Shown here piece after piece: positions 19,183 through 28,409 of a stretch of 64,000 nt of DNA. The notes under the pieces were generated by a model. That model saw only the letters and a list, made by a program, of their open reading frames with translations, was not told the origin of the DNA and ran no database searches. The DNA is from an uncultured Candidatus Saccharibacteria bacterium (lineage in GTDB: Bacteria; Patescibacteriota; JAQUNI01). Within the stretch, counting starts at the first letter, position 1; each line of letters begins with the position of its first letter. A program made the translations under genes and the position numbers. The stretch spans positions 120,438 to 184,437 of the forward strand of contig CAZKRD010000002.1 in the NCBI GenBank assembly GCA_964555185.1. Reading direction: 5' to 3'.

Positions 19183-20446
19183 TGCGGTTTTTTTTGTTTT
19201 GATAAAGATAAAAGACCATCAAGCCAATAAATAACAAGCCCATAGAGATTAGAACATTCAAGACAATTTGTTTGATCGAGTTATGATAGAACAGAATGAG
19301 AGTAATTTCTAAGACAGTGGCGCAGACCAGGATGTAGATGAATTTGAATTTGTGAATAGAAAGATAGTAATTTAAAAAGACATTGTTTAAAGCCAAGAAA
19401 AACATAGCCAGCCCAACGAGGCCAACCAAATGCGCTATCGACAAATAGGCAGAGCCAAAGAATACGCGCACCAGGATTTTGGGGAAGAGGAAGTAGATTA
19501 AAACCCCGGTCCCGCAGACCAAAGCCACGATTTTTAAGGATTGAGCGAGGAGGTGTTTATGCTCCTCGCCCTTTTTATATTTTTCGGCAACCATCGGAAA
19601 CATCGTCGCAACAATTGCGCCAATTACAAAGAAAATAATCTGGCCGAGTTTAGAGAGAGCAGAATATAGGCCCGCGTCTGTTTCTGTAAAAAAATGTTTG
19701 GCCATAATAATATCAATATTATAGAGCAAGGTAAAGCAAAAAAGTGAAATTAGAACCGGCAGGGCGTAAAGCAGGATTTTTTTGGTCTGCACATTCTTTT
19801 TTGCTCGAAAACGGAAGAGAAACCAGAGGGGCTTAAAAGCCAAGACGAAGACAGCGATACTGGCTGCTAGCATAGCAATTAGCGCGCCATAAACCCTAAA
19901 ACCCAAAAGCAGGAGTATAACCACCAAGGTAGTTTTAATTATCGGCATTACGATCATATTCCAGGCCAAAGACTTAAATTTTTGCAAGCCCCGCAAAACC
20001 CCTTGGACTACTGGGATTAGAAAGGAAAGAAAAACAATTACACCCAATAGAATGATCAATTTTGGCGAAGGGATTTTTAAGAAGCGAGCAAGAGAGGGAG
20101 AGAAGAAACAGAGAATAAAAAAGACAGCGAGGCCAATTAAGGTTAAGTTTTTTAAAAGGTATTTGATCAGATAATGGAGCTCGCCGTATTTTTTGCTGAC
20201 CTTGACATTACTGGCCAGTTTGACGCTGATCATCGAGATCACCCCTGTGGGTACGGCGAGAATGATGTTTAATGAGAGAAGAGAGGCCAAGATGCCATAG
20301 TCACCAGGGCCCAAGATCCGTCCGCTGATCAGATGAAACAAATAATTGCCAATACTTACTGCCATTGATCCTATGAAAAGTATAGAGCTGTTTTTAATCA
20401 GCTTATTAGATTTTAATTTAGAAATTGTGTTTTCTAGAAGAAGCAT
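19151..20446 (-). CDS. Wzx-like polysaccharide flippase (MOP superfamily)
   Basis: 431 aa with about 12 predicted TM helices, located in the glycan locus. Confidence 0.55.
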   Translation of the reverse strand: MLLLENTISKLKSNKLIKNSSILFIGSMAVSIGNYLFHLISGRILGPGDYGILASLLSLNIILAVPTGVISMISVKLASNVKVSKKYGELHYLIKYLLKNLTLIGLAVFFILCFFSPSLARFLKIPSPKLIILLGVIVFLSFLIPVVQGVLRGLQKFKSLAWNMIVMPIIKTTLVVILLLLGFRVYGALIAMLAASIAVFVLAFKPLWFLFRFRAKKNVQTKKILLYALPVLISLFCFTLLYNIDIIMAKHFFTETDAGLYSALSKLGQIIFFVIGAIVATMFPMVAEKYKKGEEHKHLLAQSLKIVALVCGTGVLIYFLFPKILVRVFFGSAYLSIAHLVGLVGLAMFFLALNNVFLNYYLSIHKFKFIYILVCATVLEITLILFYHNSIKQIVLNVLISMGLLFIGLMVFYLYQNKKNRNESLNPNPCL

Positions 20447-20458
20447 TTTTAATTCTGT

Positions 20459-21400
20459 TTATTGTTTTTTATTTCTTATTTTTTTAAACCACCCAACTGT
20501 TTCTTTGATTCCCTTTTCTAGGCGGGTTTGCGCCCCCCAATCTAACTCTTTTTGGGCCAAGCTGGAGTCTAGACTTATTTTATCTAGATCACCAGGTCGG
20601 GCTCTAGATAGTTTTGGTTTGATTTTGGTTTTCAATTCTTGATTAATCAGTTCAAAGATTTTCGCGGTTTCAGTTGCCCGGCCCGTACCGATGTTATAGG
20701 CCTTGTTTTTATCAGATGACATTGCTTTCAGATTAGCTCTAACAACGTCATTAACAAAAACATAATCCCTTTTGTTTTTGCCAAAAGCAAAGAGGGCCGG
20801 GGTTTCTCCATTTAGCAATTTATTAATGAAAATAGCAACCACCCCTGCTTCACCCAAAGGGTTTTGATAGGGGCCATAGACATTGGCATAACGCAGGGTG
20901 ATGTAAGGGAATTTATAAAGCTTATAGTAGATCTCAAGGTATTTTTCGGTCGCGTATTTAGAAGCGCCATAACAGGACAGAGGATTGATTGGGTAGGATT
21001 CTTTAACCGGGATTTTGTTGACCTCGCCATAGAGCGCTCCACCAGTGGAGCTGTAAATGAATTTTTTAATTTTGGCTTTATTTGCTTCGCCGATCAAATT
21101 TAAGGAGCCCAAAATGTTTATTTTAGCGTCCAGAATTGGTTTCTGGACAGATTTTCGGACATCAATCTGGGCAGCCAGGTGGAAGATATAGTCAATCTTG
21201 TGTTTTTGAAAAAGCGGTCCGAGATTGCTGTTGATTGTTTTCTTGGCGAAGATGAAGTTTTGATTGCGAGGAGGAAGGTTAGCAAGGGAACCAGTAGAAA
21301 GGTCGTCAATCACAATCACCTTGTGTTTTAATGCAAGCAGTTTTTTGACTAGATTAGAGCCGATAAAACCGGCTCCGCCAGTAACGAGAGAAGTGTTCAT
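20459..21400 (-). CDS. NAD-dependent sugar-nucleotide epimerase/dehydratase (GalE-like)
   Basis: VTGGAGFIGSNL, YGASK (YxxxK), 313 aa. Confidence 0.7.
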   Translation of the reverse strand: MNTSLVTGGAGFIGSNLVKKLLALKHKVIVIDDLSTGSLANLPPRNQNFIFAKKTINSNLGPLFQKHKIDYIFHLAAQIDVRKSVQKPILDAKINILGSLNLIGEANKAKIKKFIYSSTGGALYGEVNKIPVKESYPINPLSCYGASKYATEKYLEIYYKLYKFPYITLRYANVYGPYQNPLGEAGVVAIFINKLLNGETPALFAFGKNKRDYVFVNDVVRANLKAMSSDKNKAYNIGTGRATETAKIFELINQELKTKIKPKLSRARPGDLDKISLDSSLAQKELDWGAQTRLEKGIKETVGWFKKIRNKKQ

Positions 21401-21642
21401 TTTGTTTTTTATTTAATTACTTGGGGCCCCCGGAAAATTGAAAATTTTCTGGGGTAAAATTTGGGGCCTCCCAGCTCGAATCAAAGATTTGAGCTGGGGT
21501 ATATTTTTTAATATCAAAATATTCTCCTAAAAAGGAGCTTGTTCTTATCTTACCTTATTTTAGTATTTCAAAGGGCCAAGGTCAACCCTAGTTTGACTTT
21601 GTGGTTTTTTTTGATTAGAATAAGAGAAGAAAAGTAAAAAAT

Positions 21643-22113
21643 ATGAAAAGGTGCTTGATAATTTTTTTGTTTATTTTGATTCTTTTTTCAGGCTGTAAAC
21701 TGCCTCCCCGGCCCTGGGTCAATAAACGGCCAGCTAGCCCTGAAGGAGTGGTCAATGAGTTTTATGAGTTGTATTTTGATTGTCTTCAAAACGAACAGGT
21801 CACAATGCTGGACACCTGTTTAGAGACTCAAATTGGGCGGCCTTATTTTACCAAACAAAGCAGGGAAAAGGTCGCGAAAGTGGTTTCTAACGAACGCGAG
21901 TCTGATTATGATCCCCTGCTCTGCGCCCGCAATATCCCTACTGGTAGTTATAGTGTGGGGATTGCTTCTATTTCCGGGAATTTGGCTGATTTGGTTGTAA
22001 CTTTTAAGTATAGTCAGGAAGAACACAAGGTTCCAATTAAACTTATTCAGAAAAAAGAGATTTGGAACATAGATGATATTGACTGCTCGGCGTTTTTCAA
22101 ACCAAACAATTAG
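21643..22113 (+). CDS. Hypothetical lipoprotein
   Basis: Signal peptide with lipobox LFSGC. I recognise no conserved domain. Confidence 0.4.
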   Translation: MKRCLIIFLFILILFSGCKLPPRPWVNKRPASPEGVVNEFYELYFDCLQNEQVTMLDTCLETQIGRPYFTKQSREKVAKVVSNERESDYDPLLCARNIPTGSYSVGIASISGNLADLVVTFKYSQEEHKVPIKLIQKKEIWNIDDIDCSAFFKPNN

Positions 22114-22124
22114 AAAAATTCAAA

Positions 22125-22970
22125 ATGTTTTCTTCAAAACTTCGTAAAATATTTCGTTTGGGTTTTATCGCGGTTTTTGTTTTAATTTTTCTTTTTGTTG
22201 TTTATCAACACACCAACCCTTTTGGCCGGCCGCGGGTTTATGATTATTCGCTGTCGCGAAAAATAAACCGTTTTATCTCTCCTTTGAGGCCAAAGGAACG
22301 CCTCTCCCGGCACTATAAAGATCAAGCTTCCGATTGGGTTAAGGATCTGAAAGGCCCCTTGATTTATTTTGATCTCGGTCCGGTTTCTGCTGATCAGAAG
22401 TTGACTTTGACCATAAAATACAAAGCCGAAGTTTCTGAAATTAGGTTTGGTGAAGTGCTGTCAGCAGGCAAGGATTTAGATTACAGGGCCCACCCTTTCT
22501 ATAATGCTTTTCTCCAGGACTTGGACTGGGAATATGTTGAGAAAGAAGGTGTGTTTTTGTATCAAAAAGAGAAAATTTTTCCGTCTGTAGACGAGTATTT
22601 AACTAATGTTCCAGAAGACAAGGTTAATGCTGTTTATTTTTTTTCCGACCGCCGGATTAAGAATGCTGAAACCTTAACTCATTTTGAGAATCCCTTGGAA
22701 GAGATAGATTATATTGTTACTATTTATAAAAAGGCTCTTTTGGGCGAAGACGGATGGCTCGAAAACACTTATCAATTTGATATGGCCAATGCTTTTATGC
22801 GGGAAGATATGCTTGCTTACCTTTTTAGTATTCCGGAACTTGAAGGCTTAATTATTGCTTCCAACACGGTGATTCCCAAAGTAACGATCAGTCACATTCA
22901 GGTTATTGTTGAGGAGCCGCCGTCCAAATACTGGGTGCGGGCAAAAAAGTTATTCGGAGTAGACCAATAG
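22125..22970 (+). CDS. Hypothetical N-terminally membrane-anchored protein
   Basis: One N-terminal TM helix and a 250-aa soluble region with no recognisable motifs. It is tightly spaced after the previous gene. Confidence 0.4.
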   Translation: MFSSKLRKIFRLGFIAVFVLIFLFVVYQHTNPFGRPRVYDYSLSRKINRFISPLRPKERLSRHYKDQASDWVKDLKGPLIYFDLGPVSADQKLTLTIKYKAEVSEIRFGEVLSAGKDLDYRAHPFYNAFLQDLDWEYVEKEGVFLYQKEKIFPSVDEYLTNVPEDKVNAVYFFSDRRIKNAETLTHFENPLEEIDYIVTIYKKALLGEDGWLENTYQFDMANAFMREDMLAYLFSIPELEGLIIASNTVIPKVTISHIQVIVEEPPSKYWVRAKKLFGVDQ

Positions 22971-23003
22971 TTTTTATCAAATTCAAAATTTCACCGATTC
23001 TAG

Positions 23004-23252
23004 GTGATCACCCGGAATTGGTGGCATGATTCAAAAGGCATGATTCCAAATTCCCAATTTAAAAGAAAACTTTTTTATCAAATAATTTATGATCTATTCA
23101 TCATCGCTTTTGTGTTTTATCTGATTTTTATTTGGATTGATCGCGCTTTTAAAGATTATATCAGTCAGTATTTTAATCTTAATATTGTTTTGGTGATTGT
23201 TTTTGTCGCCGGCTTTTTGACCGTGATCCACAGAGCTAAAAAGAAAAAATAA
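23004..23252 (+). CDS. Small membrane protein, 2 TM
   Basis: 82 aa with two hydrophobic helices. Confidence 0.3.
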   Translation: MITRNWWHDSKGMIPNSQFKRKLFYQIIYDLFIIAFVFYLIFIWIDRAFKDYISQYFNLNIVLVIVFVAGFLTVIHRAKKKK

Positions 23253-23299
23253 AAAGCTTCAAATAAAAAATAAAGGCCTTTTCATTAAACCTTTATTTT

Positions 23300-23710
23300 T
23301 TATACAGAGGGTTCACCGTATATATTCTTTATTTGGAGAAAAAATTGTTTATTATTTTTTATTTTCTGGGCACGGGCCTCTAAGGGGCAGATGTAAATTT
23401 TTTCTGGCCCCAGGATATCTCTAACCGTGTTTTGAGCGTTTATTTTAATCCTGTTTCTTTTAAGCAGACTTACAGCTGGCTTGGTAGAAACCAAAGTGAT
23501 TACTTGGGAAATTATTTTTGCATAGACAATCAGTTTGGCGGAGGCTAGGCCCACAACCTTATCGTATAGAGTACATCCGTCAAGACGGCCCTTGTATTTA
23601 TTAACACAATCAATAAGTGGTTTTAAATATGGTTGCTTGGAATGATAGATGATTTCCCCATTTTTAATTAAGAGCAGAGAATATTTTTTAAAACAATCAT
23701 AGTCTGGCAT
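23300..23710 (-). CDS. DUF1893 (TM1506-like) family protein
   Basis: IKNGEIIY...LIVYAKI...CPLEARAQ resembles TM1506-family proteins, which have a cytidine-deaminase-like fold and unknown function. Confidence 0.4.
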   Translation of the reverse strand: MPDYDCFKKYSLLLIKNGEIIYHSKQPYLKPLIDCVNKYKGRLDGCTLYDKVVGLASAKLIVYAKIISQVITLVSTKPAVSLLKRNRIKINAQNTVRDILGPEKIYICPLEARAQKIKNNKQFFLQIKNIYGEPSV

Positions 23711-23725
23711 TTTAAGGGATTCCTT

Positions 23726-24268
23726 TTATTTTTTTGAAAGAAGGCCCGAGAGGCATAAATAATGCGCCCCTATCCCCCAAATAATGTTAGAGGCGGCCAG
23801 TGATAAGATTAACCCGATAATGAATCTCATCTCAAGATGGACCAGATAATAGTCAGTAATAATCAGCCAAGGCAGCTGCAGACAGTAAGCAAATAAAACA
23901 GCCAGGAGCAGAGGTAGTTTTAATCGCACAAACAAGCCGACAAAGAAGCCGAGAATAACATTGCCGACCAAGAGATAGGGATTGCTCATTATGATAGCAG
24001 AGTAGATTGAGCCAACAAGTCCTGACAGGGCTCCGCCCTTGGGTCCGTAAATTGCGGCTGCAATAAAAATCGCTAGTTGGAAAAAATGAATTTTAAAACC
24101 CCAAGGGGTAGAGAGATTGAAAAGACCCAATAAATTAGGCAGGACAATTAGAGACAAAAATAGAATCAAATTTTTTCGATTCCATTTAATATCAAAAGAG
24201 ATTTGAGAGCGGGCCCCACACAAAAGCGAAACTTTTGTGGGGTTCACTTTAATATATTCCGCGTTCAT
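23726..24268 (-). CDS. Small polytopic membrane protein (ECF S-component-like)
   Basis: 180 aa, 5-6 TM helices, glycine-rich helix GPKGGALSGLVGSIYSAI. Confidence 0.35.
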   Translation of the reverse strand: MNAEYIKVNPTKVSLLCGARSQISFDIKWNRKNLILFLSLIVLPNLLGLFNLSTPWGFKIHFFQLAIFIAAAIYGPKGGALSGLVGSIYSAIIMSNPYLLVGNVILGFFVGLFVRLKLPLLLAVLFAYCLQLPWLIITDYYLVHLEMRFIIGLILSLAASNIIWGIGAHYLCLSGLLSKK

Positions 24269-24271
24269 TTG

Positions 24272-24994
24272 TTACTTTAAATATATATGCTTATAGGTTC
24301 TTACTTTTTTTTGCAATTCTTTTTTTTCTTTTTCAACACTATTAATCTCTTTTGTGCCGGTACAGGCTGGATAACGGGAACAGCCGTAGAATGTACTGGA
24401 TCCGCCGCGCGAGGAGCGTTTTTTCATCATTGCTCCGCAGACAGGGCAGGTTACTTCCTCGATAAAATATAGGACCTTAGCGCTCCACATATCCGCCATA
24501 TGGAGGAGGACAGCCAAGGGTTTTATATTTTTGACAAAGTCCTTGAAATTGCTCCAGCCCCCTTCGGCATAGAGCAGGGCGTTAAGTTCGTTATCAGAGA
24601 GACCAATTCCAGAGCGGGCAAGTTCATTTAAGGTCCAGACTTCGGCAGGCAGATCAATGTCTTCCCAGCGCCAGCTATTTTTAGGATCTTCTTTGTAGGT
24701 GACAATTTTGGCAAAATCATGCAGATAGGCGGCTACGATCATTTCTTCTTTGGTAAAGTTAGGTTTCTGATAACTTATGTTATTATAGGGCAAGAATTTA
24801 GCCAGCCGGATCATCGTTTCCAAGACCTCGGTTGTATGCAAAAGGAGTCCGCCCGTGAAGTTATGATGATAGTTTTGAGCCGCGGGCGCGCGGTCAAAAT
24901 CCTTTTTATATTCTTGGGCGAATTTGGCGAGTTTGGTTTTAGCAAGGTGGGCGTATAGATCGAGCATAATTATTACATTGTCCCATTGCTTCAT
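24272..24994 (-). CDS. HD-domain phosphohydrolase fused to a C-terminal topoisomerase-type C4 zinc ribbon
   Basis: H...HD motifs (HHNFTGGLLLHT, YLHDFAK). The C-terminal CPVCGAMM...YGCSRYPACTGT matches the zf-C4 topoisomerase ribbon. Confidence 0.5.
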   Translation of the reverse strand: MKQWDNVIIMLDLYAHLAKTKLAKFAQEYKKDFDRAPAAQNYHHNFTGGLLLHTTEVLETMIRLAKFLPYNNISYQKPNFTKEEMIVAAYLHDFAKIVTYKEDPKNSWRWEDIDLPAEVWTLNELARSGIGLSDNELNALLYAEGGWSNFKDFVKNIKPLAVLLHMADMWSAKVLYFIEEVTCPVCGAMMKKRSSRGGSSTFYGCSRYPACTGTKEINSVEKEKKELQKKVRTYKHIYLK

Positions 24995-25016
24995 TGTTGT
25001 TTTTAAAACAATGAGC

Positions 25017-25367
25017 CTAACAGGTTAAATGGAGACAAGCGACTATGTTTTTATTTTGAGAGGAAAGCTTATTATAAATTTTGACTGCTTTTTTTGTATT
25101 AGAGATAATAACCTTGTCTATTTTTTGTTCGAGTTTATCGGTTAAGATCGGGTCTAGCTGCATTACATTATAATAGCCCGTACCGATGATTAGAATTTCT
25201 GGTTTGATTTCTAAAATTTCTGCAAAATTTTCTAAAACAGGGCGATGGTGATCAGTACAATACCAGACCCTTGTTTTTTCGGGGGAAACAATAAGATCAC
25301 CTTTGGTGTAAGTTTCACCGTTTACAGTAATCTTTCCGAATTGGTAGTCTTCGATAATTCCTCCCAT
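25017..25367 (-). CDS. Mth938-like (DUF498) domain protein
   Basis: 116 aa. ...PEILIIGTGYYNVMQLDP... resembles the Mth938 fold family. Confidence 0.35.
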   Translation of the reverse strand: MGGIIEDYQFGKITVNGETYTKGDLIVSPEKTRVWYCTDHHRPVLENFAEILEIKPEILIIGTGYYNVMQLDPILTDKLEQKIDKVIISNTKKAVKIYNKLSSQNKNIVACLHLTC

Positions 25368-25412
25368 TTTAAATTGTTACAGCATTGACCGATCGGTCAG
25401 TTTTGTAACGTT

Positions 25413-25892
25413 TTATTTTTTAAACAAGATTCCTCCTAAGGGATGGTAGGTAAAGACAATAAAACAAACCAGGAAAATTAAGAAGAGGAGAGTGATGATG
25501 AGAATAGAGATGCAATTGGGTTGAACCTTAGCAAGATAGTATTCTAAAATTTGGGCGATGATTATAGCCAGAGCCACGCTCAAAGCGCTCAAGGTGAAGC
25601 CTTGAGGGAAAATAAGCATAAAGATTACAACCAGGATCGGGACGGCTACAATCGCGGCAAGTTTGCCAAAAAAGATATTGTCTTGTTCGCCAAATTTGGG
25701 GATCAGGAATTCAATCAAGCCATAGATCAGCACAGCCCAGAAGGCAATTTTGGCAATTTCAAAAATGCTGCCATTATTTGCGCAGAATAATTTAGTTCCG
25801 CCGCAGTAGCGCAGAAAGGAGACCAGAAAGAGGATAATAATCACAGCGAGGATTTTGTAAAGGAGCAGTTTCTTCCGAGATAGTTTTTTCAT
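25413..25892 (-). CDS. Small polytopic membrane protein
   Basis: 159 aa, 4-5 TM helices. Confidence 0.35.
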   Translation of the reverse strand: MKKLSRKKLLLYKILAVIIILFLVSFLRYCGGTKLFCANNGSIFEIAKIAFWAVLIYGLIEFLIPKFGEQDNIFFGKLAAIVAVPILVVIFMLIFPQGFTLSALSVALAIIIAQILEYYLAKVQPNCISILIITLLFLIFLVCFIVFTYHPLGGILFKK

Positions 25893-26012
25893 CTTGATTT
25901 GCCCTACCCTCCATTTTTAGGGGATTAACATTCTTTAGTTCTTGTTTAATATCTTATTTATATTTTAGCAAATATTTAATTGGAAGACAATTTTTTGACA
26001 AAACTTAGAAGA

Positions 26013-27308
26013 TTATCTCCCAATCCCGACATAATTAAACCCCATTCTTTTAAGCTCTTTTGGTTTTAGAATGTTGCGGGCGTCTATGATGTTTGGTTTA
26101 CGCATAAGACTTTTTATTTTTTTGAGATTTATTTTTTTAAATTCAGGCCAAGGGGTGGCAATCACAAGAGCATCAGCCCCTTTCGAGCAAGTATAGGGAT
26201 TTTGAGAATAGCGGATTCTACTGCCTAAGATCTTTTTAGCGTTTGAAGCAGCTATTGGATCATAGGCTTGAATTTTCGCTTTGCGCTTTAAGAGGAGGTT
26301 GATAATATCAATTGCCGGGGATTCGCGCACATCATCGGTATTTTCTTTGAAGGAGAGTCCCCAGACGGCAATTTTTTTATTTTGGAGTCTGCCGGCAAGG
26401 GCGTTTTTGATTTTGCTGACCACAATTTCCCGTTGGTGTTTGTTAATTTGCATCGCAGCGTCAATTAATCTAAACCAGTAGCCCCCGGCTTGGGCAAAGT
26501 AATAGAGGGCAGAAACATCTTTCGGAAAACAGGAGCCGCCATAGCCCGGGCCTGCCTGCAGGAATTTTTCACCGATCCGAGAGTCTAAACCAATACCCTT
26601 GGCTACCATTTCCACATCAGCGTCATAGTTGTCGCAGAGATTCGCGATTTCGTTGATAAAGGATATTTTGAGGGCCAAAAAGGAGTTAGCGGCGTATTTA
26701 ATCATTTCTGCTGATTCTAGATTGGTGATTACGATCGGCGCCTTGAATTTCTTGTAGAGTTCTTTCATTATTTTGATCGCGGGGCTTTTCTGATTTTCAA
26801 AGCCTAGGACGATCCGGTCAGGGTGGAGAAAATCATTAATCGCTGTGCCCTCTCTTTGAAATTCAGGGTTAGAGACAACATCAAATCTGCCTTTATAGTT
26901 TTTGCGGATTTCTTTACGGACTAATTTACCCGTACCCACCGGCACGGTGCTTTTATCTACAATTACTTTGTAGTCTTTAAGGTTTTTTCCTAAATCATGA
27001 GCGACCCTTAAGACGTATTTTAAGTCCGCTTTTCCGTTTTGGTCTTGAGGCGTGCCTACGGCAATAAACACAACTTCCGCATCCTTGATTCCTTGGACAA
27101 GCGAGGTAGTGAAAGAGATTCTTTTTGCTTTCAGGTTTCTCCTTAACATTTCCGGCAGGCACTCTTCATAGATAGTAGGGATGCCTTTTTTCAGTTTGGC
27201 GATTTTATTCTTATCCAGATCAACACAGGATACCCTGTGGCCTAAATTGGCAAAACAGACACCTACACCAAGACCGACATAACCGGTACCAATGATTGCT
27301 AACTTCAT
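26013..27308 (-). CDS. ugd: UDP-glucose 6-dehydrogenase
   Basis: MKLAIIGTGYVGL, catalytic GGSCFPKD, 431 aa. Confidence 0.8.
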   Translation of the reverse strand: MKLAIIGTGYVGLGVGVCFANLGHRVSCVDLDKNKIAKLKKGIPTIYEECLPEMLRRNLKAKRISFTTSLVQGIKDAEVVFIAVGTPQDQNGKADLKYVLRVAHDLGKNLKDYKVIVDKSTVPVGTGKLVRKEIRKNYKGRFDVVSNPEFQREGTAINDFLHPDRIVLGFENQKSPAIKIMKELYKKFKAPIVITNLESAEMIKYAANSFLALKISFINEIANLCDNYDADVEMVAKGIGLDSRIGEKFLQAGPGYGGSCFPKDVSALYYFAQAGGYWFRLIDAAMQINKHQREIVVSKIKNALAGRLQNKKIAVWGLSFKENTDDVRESPAIDIINLLLKRKAKIQAYDPIAASNAKKILGSRIRYSQNPYTCSKGADALVIATPWPEFKKINLKKIKSLMRKPNIIDARNILKPKELKRMGFNYVGIGR

Positions 27309-27470
27309 TTTTTTAGGGATATAATTTTTAATTTCTAATTTTTAATTCTTAATCAATGTTTAATTTTTAATGATTTAATTTTTAAACAAGATAAGTTAGA
27401 AACAATAGAATGTTTAAAAATTAAAGCATTAAAAATTGATTAAAAACTAAAAATTAAGAATTAAAAATTG

Positions 27471-28367
27471 TCATTTCGCTCCATGTAATTCCCGATTTCT
27501 GACTAGAGTACTCGCTCGATACAGGGTTTCGGTGATTCCGGCGTCAGTCCACCAGCCGCGGAGGACTTCATATTCCATTAATCCTTTCTTAATATAGTGA
27601 TTATTCACATCAGTAATTTCTAATTCTCCTCTCTCGGAAGGTTTTAAGGTTTTAATTATATCATAAACCCGGCTGTCATACATATAAATACCAGTTACTG
27701 CTAGGTTGGATTTTGGATTTTTTGGTTTCTCCTCAATGCCAACTACTTTACCGTCTTTGATTTCGGCAACGCCGAAGCGCTCTGCGTCAGGCACTTCTTT
27801 CAGGAAGATTCGGGCGCCGCCCTTTTGTTCTTGGAATTTTCGGACCGCTTCCCCAATATTATCTTCAAAGATATTATCTCCCAAAATCACGACAACTTTC
27901 TGGTTATCTGCGAAATTTTTAGTCAAACCTAAAGCTTCGGCAATCCCGCCCGATCCTTGTTGATAGCCGTATTGGAGTTCTTTTAATCCAAATTCCTTGC
28001 CATTACCTAAGAGACGTAAAAAGTCGCCCGGATTATTGCCGCCAGTTACGATCATCACTTTCGAAATTCCTGCTTGGCTTAAAGTTTCCAAGGGGTAATA
28101 AATCATTGGCTTGGTGTAGATCGGCAGAAGGTGTTTGTTGGTCACCTTAGTTGCCGGCAAAAGCCGGGTGCCTGTTCCGCCAGCTAAAATAATCCCTTTG
28201 ATCTCTTGGCCAGCCTCTTCTTTGCGCGATTCCTCTGAACGTAAACGATCGTATTCGGCCATTCCCATCACCACGGTTTTTTCGCCATCATCCCCAATGA
28301 TGATGTGGGTCTTGTTCGTTTTTTTCGTAAGACCCGCGATTTTTCGTGAATTTTTTTTATTAAGCAT
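27471..28367 (-). CDS. rmlA: Glucose-1-phosphate thymidylyltransferase-family sugar nucleotidyltransferase (short form)
   Basis: GIILAGGTGTRLLP nucleotide-binding motif, followed by a ~240-aa catalytic core. The ~55-aa N-terminal extension in the track ORF may be a mis-set start. Confidence 0.7.
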   Translation of the reverse strand: MLNKKNSRKIAGLTKKTNKTHIIIGDDGEKTVVMGMAEYDRLRSEESRKEEAGQEIKGIILAGGTGTRLLPATKVTNKHLLPIYTKPMIYYPLETLSQAGISKVMIVTGGNNPGDFLRLLGNGKEFGLKELQYGYQQGSGGIAEALGLTKNFADNQKVVVILGDNIFEDNIGEAVRKFQEQKGGARIFLKEVPDAERFGVAEIKDGKVVGIEEKPKNPKSNLAVTGIYMYDSRVYDIIKTLKPSERGELEITDVNNHYIKKGLMEYEVLRGWWTDAGITETLYRASTLVRNRELHGAK

Positions 28368-28409
28368 GCATTAAAAGGAGTTTAAAAATTAAAAATTAAG
28401 AATTAAAAA

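Noticed and set aside
27310-27470. Possible CRISPR array or tandem-repeat locus in AT-rich spacers (also 17335..17458 and 29838..29997)
   Set aside because: The repeats are short (6-9 bp), degenerate, and arranged as word/reverse-complement hairpins. They are not 25-40-bp direct repeats with unique spacers. No cas genes are present.
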